The notes under the pieces were generated by a model. It was given only the letters and a program-made list of their open reading frames with translations. It did not search any database and was not told where the DNA came from. A DNA stretch of 50,627 nt from Nitrospirota bacterium (GTDB taxonomy: Bacteria; JACPQY01). Position 1 is the first letter of the stretch. The number at the start of each line of letters is the position of its first letter. Positions 44,456-50,627 of the stretch are shown here, piece by piece. The position numbers were made by a program, and so were the translations under genes. Location of the stretch: contig JACPAV010000002.1 of NCBI GenBank assembly GCA_016180645.1, positions 124,001 through 174,627 on the forward strand, read 5' to 3'.

Positions 44456-45745
44456 CTATCGACTTCCGGCTGAGGAACCGGTGGAGTGTGAAACCGGGAG
44501 CCCGGGCCCAACCCTGGCTTGCCCGCGCTGAGTCGACCCCCCTGAGATTCCGCGACCAGCCATGCGACCCAGAACGCGGCGGAAAATCCTACCGCATTCG
44601 CGAACTTCCTCCGGCTCCAACCCCACGCCGGAAGGAAGACTGATCCCTCTTCGGTGCAGGTCCACCGAGTGCTCAATCTCGAGGGTCTGGCAATTCCTGT
44701 ACGGAGGGAGGTTGTGAATCGGATGCCACAACGGCCTTGCCTCCACACCCCACCGGTCCAGTTCCCGGACGATTCGTCGCCGGGCCGGCAGCCCTCCGTG
44801 GTTGACGAGAAGGGTGAACAGCCAGTACGTGGCCCGGGTCCGAGCGGGAGTGGGCATGAGCGCGATCCCCTCCAGACCCCCAAGCACTTCCCGGTAGGCT
44901 TGGGCCACGACGGATTTCCTCGCCACAAACTCCTCCAGGGATTCCACCTGGGCCAAGCCCACGGCAGCGTGGAGGTTCGTCATCCGGTAGTTGTACCCGA
45001 CCTCGTTGTGGACGTACTCCAAGGGGTCGTCCTTCGCCTGTGTGGTCAGGTACCGGACACGGTCGGCCAGAGCCTTGGAGCGGGTCAGCACCATCCCCCC
45101 GCCTCCCGCCGTCACCACCTTGTTCCCATTGAAACTCAGAACACCGGCGTCGCCGAAAGTTCCCGCCTGCCTCCCCTCGTAGAGGACTCCCATGGCTTCG
45201 GCTGCGTCCTCTACCACCCGGAGTCCGTAGTCGCCGGCGAGTTCCATGATGCGATCCATCTCGCAGGCCAGTCCCAGAATATGCACGGGAAGGATCGCTT
45301 GGATCCGACGGCCGGTTGTGCGGTTGAAGCAGACGCCCGCCCGTCTCTCGCACTGCCGGGCCAGGAACCGCTCCAGCTTCCGAACGTCCATCTGCCACGT
45401 TTCCGGGTCCGCGTCGACGAAGATCGGATCGGCCCCGCAGTATCGAACGGCGTTGGCCGGCGCCACAAAGGTCAAGTCCGATACAAACACCTCATCCTCG
45501 GGCTCGACGCCCACGGCGAGGAGCGCGACGTGGAGGGCGGCCGTGCCGTTCATCACCGCGACGGCATAAGGAACATTCACCACCTCGGCGGTCCGGCGTT
45601 CGAACCGTTCGACAAAGGGCCCGGCGGTGGAGATCCAACCTGAATCCAGGCATTCTTTGACGTACCTCGCTTCGTTCCCCGCCCAGTAGGGCTCGCTCAA
45701 CGGAAACACGCGGCGGGACGCGCGACGGCGGCGCTCAGATCGCAT
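44456..45745 (-). CDS. legC: LegC-family sugar aminotransferase
   Basis: PLSEP..GNE..YVKECLDSGWIS, NGTAALH, EDAAEAMG, SFNGNKVVTAGGGG and GYNYRMTN. ATG at 45745. Confidence 0.85.
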   Translation of the reverse strand: MRSERRRRASRRVFPLSEPYWAGNEARYVKECLDSGWISTAGPFVERFERRTAEVVNVPYAVAVMNGTAALHVALLAVGVEPEDEVFVSDLTFVAPANAVRYCGADPIFVDADPETWQMDVRKLERFLARQCERRAGVCFNRTTGRRIQAILPVHILGLACEMDRIMELAGDYGLRVVEDAAEAMGVLYEGRQAGTFGDAGVLSFNGNKVVTAGGGGMVLTRSKALADRVRYLTTQAKDDPLEYVHNEVGYNYRMTNLHAAVGLAQVESLEEFVARKSVVAQAYREVLGGLEGIALMPTPARTRATYWLFTLLVNHGGLPARRRIVRELDRWGVEARPLWHPIHNLPPYRNCQTLEIEHSVDLHRRGISLPSGVGLEPEEVRECGRIFRRVLGRMAGRGISGGSTQRGQARVGPGLPVSHSTGSSAGSR

Positions 45746-46733
45746 ACGTGCCGATTCGATAGCGTGCCATGTTTCTCTCGACCCATTCAATGGTGCAAGC
45801 CAGTCCCGCTTCGAAGGAGAACCGCGGCTCCCAGCCCAGGAGCGACTTTGCTTTCCCGTTCTCGGCGCATAACTGCGCCACCTCGCTGGCCGTCGGTCGA
45901 ACCCGTGCGTTCTCAGAGTTGATCGGAACATCCTTTTTCAAGATTTTCAGGACGGACCCGGCCACTTCCCCAATCGAAATGTCCCGGCCCGAACCGATGT
46001 TGATCACCTCTCCTACCGCCGGGTTGGAATCCGCCATCCGGATGAACCCCTCCACCGTATCCGCAACAAAATTGAAATCGCGCCTCGGGGTGAGACTGCC
46101 GAGACGGATCTCCTTCGCCGCCAACGCCTGAGTGACAATCGTCGGGATGACGGCACGCGCGGACTGGCGCGGTCCGAAGGTATTGAAAGGCCTGATCGTA
46201 GCTACGGGGAGACCGAACGACCGATGAAACGCCTCGGCCAATTTGTCGGCCGCAATCTTGCTGGCCGAGTACGGCGACCAGCCTTGGAGGGGGTGCTCCT
46301 CATCGATCGGACAGTATCGGGCCGTTCCGTAGACCTCGCTGGTGGACGTGTGGACGACGCGCCCCACACCCGAGTCCAGAGCCGTCTGAAAAACGTTCAA
46401 ACTCCCTTCGACGTTGGTATGCAAATAGGAGGCCGGCGCGCGATAAGAGTACGGAATGGCGATGAGAGCGCCCAGATGAAACAGGACATCGACGCCTTTC
46501 ATGGCCGGACGCAGGCTGTCGCGATCGCGAAGATCACCCGGGAATACTTCGACATCGTCCTTTACATCGGACTCGTCCAGACAGCCCCACGAGTTGGCCG
46601 AGTTGTAGCGGATAAAGGCCCGAGTCCGGGCGCCGAGCTCCACCAATCGCTCCACGAGATGGCTCCCGATGAACCCCCCGGCACCCGTGACCAACACCTT
46701 CCGATTCGTCCAATTCGCTGAGCGGACGCTCAT
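45735..46733 (-). CDS. legB: NDP-GlcNAc 4,6-dehydratase, LegB-like
   Basis: [43 protein letters not shown] and RPFNTFGPRQSARAVIPTI. Confidence 0.85.
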   Translation of the reverse strand: MSVRSANWTNRKVLVTGAGGFIGSHLVERLVELGARTRAFIRYNSANSWGCLDESDVKDDVEVFPGDLRDRDSLRPAMKGVDVLFHLGALIAIPYSYRAPASYLHTNVEGSLNVFQTALDSGVGRVVHTSTSEVYGTARYCPIDEEHPLQGWSPYSASKIAADKLAEAFHRSFGLPVATIRPFNTFGPRQSARAVIPTIVTQALAAKEIRLGSLTPRRDFNFVADTVEGFIRMADSNPAVGEVINIGSGRDISIGEVAGSVLKILKKDVPINSENARVRPTASEVAQLCAENGKAKSLLGWEPRFSFEAGLACTIEWVERNMARYRIGTYAI

Positions 46734-47665
46734 GCGATTCGTTTTCTGAAGCAGAAAGCCTTGATGGGTGCGTAGTCCCCCACGGGGGCAGCGAGTGAGG
46801 ATGTCAAGAAACGCACAAAATGGCTGTTGCGGTCAAAGCGGGCCTCCGGGCCAAGGGCCAGGGGGTGCAGGACGCGCGCGATGTAATAGTGGTTGGACAG
46901 AAAATTACTCGGCAGAAAATCCGCGGGCAAAGACGGGTCCAGCCCGGGGCCCGTCAGCGGTTCCAAAGAGTGTTCCCACCGGTAGAAATCCACGGGCAGA
47001 TACCGGTTGTGATGCGGCGGCAGAATAGGCGGCAACCCGAATTCCGAACGGGCCTCGTTCAGATGGACCAAGGCATCCTCGAAGGCTTCGATCCCCAGCA
47101 TGAAGCCACCGGGTTTCAGGGTCCGGGCCAAGCCCTGCAGGGCCTGCCGCTGCTCGGCAGGATCCAGGACGTTGATCAGGACTCGCTGGCCCAGCACAAA
47201 GTCGAACCTACCCTCGCACCCGCTCAAACGCCGCACATCTCCAGCTTCAATGGACACGCGCGAAGAATTTCCGAACCGCGCCCGGGCCACTTCCATCATT
47301 TCCGGCGTGTATTCCAAGCCGACGAACCGGAGTCCGGGGAACTCTTCCGACAGAACGTGCAAGGTCAACCCATTCCCGCATCCCATGTCGCACAGGACCA
47401 GATTCTCTTCTTTCCGGCCGTCGCGGATCAAGCGTGCCAGGACCAATCCGACGAACCGGCAAATCAGCCGCGTTTCCCGTTCGCGCACGGTCGCATCCAT
47501 CATGGTTGAAGTCGGCGCCAATCCATGCTCCTTGGCCTGACGGGCGTAGTGCTCCAAAATGAGCCCGTCTGGATCCTCAGACGTTGGAGAACATCCGGAC
47601 GTGGCTACCATGCGATTCGTTCGACCATGACTTACCCCGCCACCCTTTCGAACGGCAGATCGCAA
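46730..47665 (-). CDS. Class I SAM-dependent methyltransferase (start uncertain)
   Basis: LCDMGCGNG, GLEYTPEM, FDFVLGQRVLIN and LKPGG. Confidence 0.8.
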   Translation of the reverse strand: MRSAVRKGGGVSHGRTNRMVATSGCSPTSEDPDGLILEHYARQAKEHGLAPTSTMMDATVRERETRLICRFVGLVLARLIRDGRKEENLVLCDMGCGNGLTLHVLSEEFPGLRFVGLEYTPEMMEVARARFGNSSRVSIEAGDVRRLSGCEGRFDFVLGQRVLINVLDPAEQRQALQGLARTLKPGGFMLGIEAFEDALVHLNEARSEFGLPPILPPHHNRYLPVDFYRWEHSLEPLTGPGLDPSLPADFLPSNFLSNHYYIARVLHPLALGPEARFDRNSHFVRFLTSSLAAPVGDYAPIKAFCFRKRIA

Positions 47666-48804
47666 AACGTCTTGGTGATCAGGCGGGCGTCCATCGGCAG
47701 TTCTTTCAAGACGCGCACGATTCTCTCGGACGACCGACCATCGCCGAAGGGACTTGCGATCCCCTCGAGTCCCGCGCGAAAAGCAGGTGACATCGCCCTG
47801 CCAATTCCCTCCACAATCTGATCACGAGAATAACCGACGTCGATGACGTTTCTCGCCCGCGTCCTCCCTGTCTGACGAGAGCCGATGTTGACCACCGGAA
47901 GCGCGAACGAGGGCGCTTCGATGATACCGCTCGATGAATTTCCAACCATCGCGCCGGCCGTCGCCATCATACTAAAGTAGGCGTGGTACCCCAGGTTGTC
48001 GACAAAGCAGGCTTGGGGGTGCGCAGCCACGAAGGGCCTGATCCTCTCACGGATGACGCGCCCCCCGGCGTCCGCGTTGGGCATCGTAAACACGAGCGGC
48101 CGATCGATCTCCTTCAAGGCCTGCAACAACTCCCCGACCTGCCACTCGGTCTGCTCACTCTCCAGTGTGACCGGATGGTACGTCACCAACAGGGGCGGCC
48201 TCTCCAATCGCATGGACAACCGGCTCTCCAGTTCCTCGCGAGTGAGCGGCCGGAAGGAGGCGAGATTGTCCAGGCTCAGCGCGCCGGACACCATGACACG
48301 CCAAGGTTCTTCCCCCATCTGGACCAGGCGCCTTCGATAATCTTCCGTGGCGACAAAGTGCAGGTGGCTCAATTTCGTGATGGAGTGGCGGAAGGCGTCG
48401 TCCAGGGCCCCCTGCGTGATTTCACCTCCGTGGATGTGGGCCACCGGAATCTTGAAAGGGGCAGCCGCTATAACCGACGCATGGATCTCAAATCGATCTC
48501 CCAACACCACCAGAAAATCGGGCCGGGCATGGGAGAAAGCTTGAGCCATTCCCAGGATTCCAAGCCCCATCGACTTGGCCATGCCCTCAGGGGTATCGGA
48601 CGAGAGGAGCATCTCGATCCGTTCCGCAATCGGTATCCCATCCGCCTCGATTTCCTTCACGGTCAGTCCAAACTCCGGAGAAAGGTGCGCAGAGGCAACC
48701 ATCAAGCGCAAACTCAGGTCGGGGTCCCCCTCAATTCGATGCAGCAGAGGCCGATAGATCGTGTAGTCGGATCGGCCGACCGTTACGACTCCGATCGTCC
48801 TCAC
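47632..48804 (-). CDS. neuC: Hydrolysing NDP-HexNAc 2-epimerase (NeuC/LegG)
   Basis: VTVGRSDY, LGDRFE, HIHGGEIT.GALDDAFRHSITKLSHLHF, VGNSSSGIIEAP and PFGDGRSS. GTG start at 48804. Confidence 0.9.
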   Translation of the reverse strand: MRTIGVVTVGRSDYTIYRPLLHRIEGDPDLSLRLMVASAHLSPEFGLTVKEIEADGIPIAERIEMLLSSDTPEGMAKSMGLGILGMAQAFSHARPDFLVVLGDRFEIHASVIAAAPFKIPVAHIHGGEITQGALDDAFRHSITKLSHLHFVATEDYRRRLVQMGEEPWRVMVSGALSLDNLASFRPLTREELESRLSMRLERPPLLVTYHPVTLESEQTEWQVGELLQALKEIDRPLVFTMPNADAGGRVIRERIRPFVAAHPQACFVDNLGYHAYFSMMATAGAMVGNSSSGIIEAPSFALPVVNIGSRQTGRTRARNVIDVGYSRDQIVEGIGRAMSPAFRAGLEGIASPFGDGRSSERIVRVLKELPMDARLITKTFCDLPFERVAG

Positions 48805-48853
48805 GCCGGCCCGCCCCCGGCCCACGCCACCGCCCCCGAGGGTCGGAATGAGG

Positions 48854-49657
48854 TCACCACGTGGTCCAGCCTCCGTCCACAACCAAGTTGTGGCCCGTTA
48901 CATACCCGGACAGATCGCTGGCCAAGAAGGCCAAGGCGCCTTTTATGTCTTCGTCCGTCGCCATTCGCGCCAAAGGAGTACGGTCGACATAGCGCCGCTT
49001 GAACTTTCCCAAGCCCTCCCGCTCCAGTCCCCCCGGACTGATGGCATTGACCCGGATTCGCGGCGCCAGAACGGTTGCGAGATACCGAGTCAGTTGGAGG
49101 AGTCCCCCTTTGGATGCCCCGTACGCCGCGGGGTTGGCGAGCGACGTACTCCGGTACAGCCGTGGATCGGGGCCGACCAGACCATACGTTGAGGCAAGGA
49201 AAATCACGGAGGCATGGCCCGACCGCGCCAAGGCCTCTTTTGCCTCCTGGACCATGACGAATGGAGCGGTCATGTTGACCCGCATGGCCGCGTCCCAGGC
49301 GCTCACGGTCTGATTTCTGAACGGAACCGCCCAGCCCTTGGATCGGGTCGTGCCCACCCAGGCCGCGCAGTGGACAACGATGTCCAGCCCGCCGAGTCGG
49401 CGGACCGCGGATCTGACCGCGCCTCTCGTTGCCTTTTCGTTGCTCAGGTCGCAGACCAGGGGAACCACGGTGCGGCCCTTTGAAGAGGGTAATTCTTCAA
49501 GAAGTTTCAGAGTGCCCGCTTTGTTCGCGTCCAACACGCCCAGACTGGCCCCCATCTCCAGCAAGGTTCCACAGACGACCCGTCCGATCCTCCCGGCCCC
49601 ACCCGTGACCAGCGCGATCCGTCCACGAAGGTCCGCTAGTTGCCCGATTGTGCGCAT
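48854..49657 (-). CDS. Short-chain dehydrogenase/reductase (PtmA-like, typical of Leg clusters)
   Basis: VTGGAGRIG, ASTYG, YGASKGG, RVNAISPGG and VDGG. Confidence 0.85.
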   Translation of the reverse strand: MRTIGQLADLRGRIALVTGGAGRIGRVVCGTLLEMGASLGVLDANKAGTLKLLEELPSSKGRTVVPLVCDLSNEKATRGAVRSAVRRLGGLDIVVHCAAWVGTTRSKGWAVPFRNQTVSAWDAAMRVNMTAPFVMVQEAKEALARSGHASVIFLASTYGLVGPDPRLYRSTSLANPAAYGASKGGLLQLTRYLATVLAPRIRVNAISPGGLEREGLGKFKRRYVDRTPLARMATDEDIKGALAFLASDLSGYVTGHNLVVDGGWTTW

Positions 49658-49757
49658 GCGGCAGGCGCCTTTTTCAGCCGGGAAAGCCGCGCCGAACCGC
49701 TCCTCCCGACCGAGGCGAGGGTGATCGGCGGACCATCAGATCTGCCCTGCCGAGGGA

Positions 49758-50627
49758 TCAACGGTGTTTCGCGCTTAGTCGGCCAAATCCTTCAGACGCC
49801 TTCTTGTGATTGGGTTCTACTTTGAGGCAGTGCTCGAAGAATTCCCTTGCTCCTTCAGGATCCGACTGAGAAAGCCGTATGCATCCCATGTGATACCAGG
49901 CGCCGGACACGAGTTGGCGGAGCGGTGCGGCGGCAACGATGGCCCGGAACAGTTCTTCGCTCTCTTGGAGCCTGCCCAACTGTTCCCAGTAAGACGCAAT
50001 CTTGTAGATGGGAGTCCAATCTTCAGGTAGCTTCTGCCGTGAAGAGATCACGGACGCAAGATGCATGGCGGAATCCAGTCGGTCGCGAAAGGCCCCCGAT
50101 GCATGCTCTCCTGGGAACGCCACGAACAGAGCCCTGTGAGGCCTTGCGGTTTCGTAGAAGTGATCGGCCCGAGGATGGACCTCCAGTACGACCGAAAAAC
50201 CGGCGGCGTAGGCCATCATGGCCACGGCTTCCCTGGAAGGAACGATCGTCACGCCAGCGACGTGGGTAAGCCGGGAATGGGTGTCGGGTTCATAGCGGAC
50301 CATCATGGGAGCCAACTGCTTCGCCGCAAGCGGGGCGTATCCGAATGATTTCTCGACGGTGGCGACGCCGCCGTCGAAAGCCTGGGTCTCGATGACGCAT
50401 ACTTTTCGGGTGACCGAGCGGATGTTGCGGAGCGCTCCAACGGGATTGTCCAGATGGTAGATCAAGCCCAGGCACAGGGTGATGTCGAACTCGCCTACCG
50501 AGGCCGGCGAAATATCGAACACGTCCATCTGTTTGAAATCGATGCCGGAAAGTTGCTGATCGGCCGCCAGCGATCGCGCAAATTCGAGGCCTTCGATGCG
50601 AGCATCTGTCCCCAGCACGTTCTGGGC
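49758..50627 (-). CDS. Methyltransferase-domain protein with C-terminal TPR; start lies beyond the window
   Basis: FDITLCLGLIYHLDNP methyltransferase motif and C-terminal TPR (AWYHMG...AREFFEHCLKVEPNH). The frame is open to the window edge. Confidence 0.75.
   Translation of the reverse strand, partial: AQNVLGTDARIEGLEFARSLAADQQLSGIDFKQMDVFDISPASVGEFDITLCLGLIYHLDNPVGALRNIRSVTRKVCVIETQAFDGGVATVEKSFGYAPLAAKQLAPMMVRYEPDTHSRLTHVAGVTIVPSREAVAMMAYAAGFSVVLEVHPRADHFYETARPHRALFVAFPGEHASGAFRDRLDSAMHLASVISSRQKLPEDWTPIYKIASYWEQLGRLQESEELFRAIVAAAPLRQLVSGAWYHMGCIRLSQSDPEGAREFFEHCLKVEPNHKKASEGFGRLSAKHR

Overview
This is a GC-rich bacterial chromosomal window from a likely diderm, since it encodes an outer-membrane beta-barrel; the lineage cannot be fixed from sequence alone. 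The left part (1-16.3 kb) is metabolic. It has a methylsuccinyl-CoA-dehydrogenase-like / MaoC-hydratase pair (ethylmalonyl-CoA-pathway-like), an orphan trpD, an outer-membrane barrel, and tRNA-Pro(CGG) with a duplicated 3' end. It also has a minus-strand run of phasin-like protein, glycyl-radical activase, glycyl radical enzyme, membrane protein and quinone oxidoreductase. That run is divergent from a phaR-like regulator, with three TGC-N3-GC(A) boxes in the shared promoter region. A REP/MITE cluster, a B12-dependent radical SAM gene and a divergent NadB/SdhA-like flavoprotein follow. The right part (16.5-50.6 kb) is a large surface-glycan locus. It has legionaminic-acid-type genes (neuB-like, legB, legC, neuC/legG, CBS-nucleotidyltransferase, Maf/MptE-like) and a UDP-L-6-deoxy-HexNAc trio. 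It also has a cassette resembling the lincosamide amino-octose pathway (a UDP-Glc-dehydrogenase homologue without its catalytic Cys, Gfo/Idh/MocA, DegT, epimerase, HldE-like, GmhB-like), plus radical SAM, GNAT, methyltransferase and glycosyltransferase genes. No CRISPR array, integrase or transposase was seen. The two best candidates for an undescribed system are the PhaR/phasin-linked glycyl radical enzyme unit and the lincosamine-like higher-sugar cassette. All assignments come from motif reading, not database searches.
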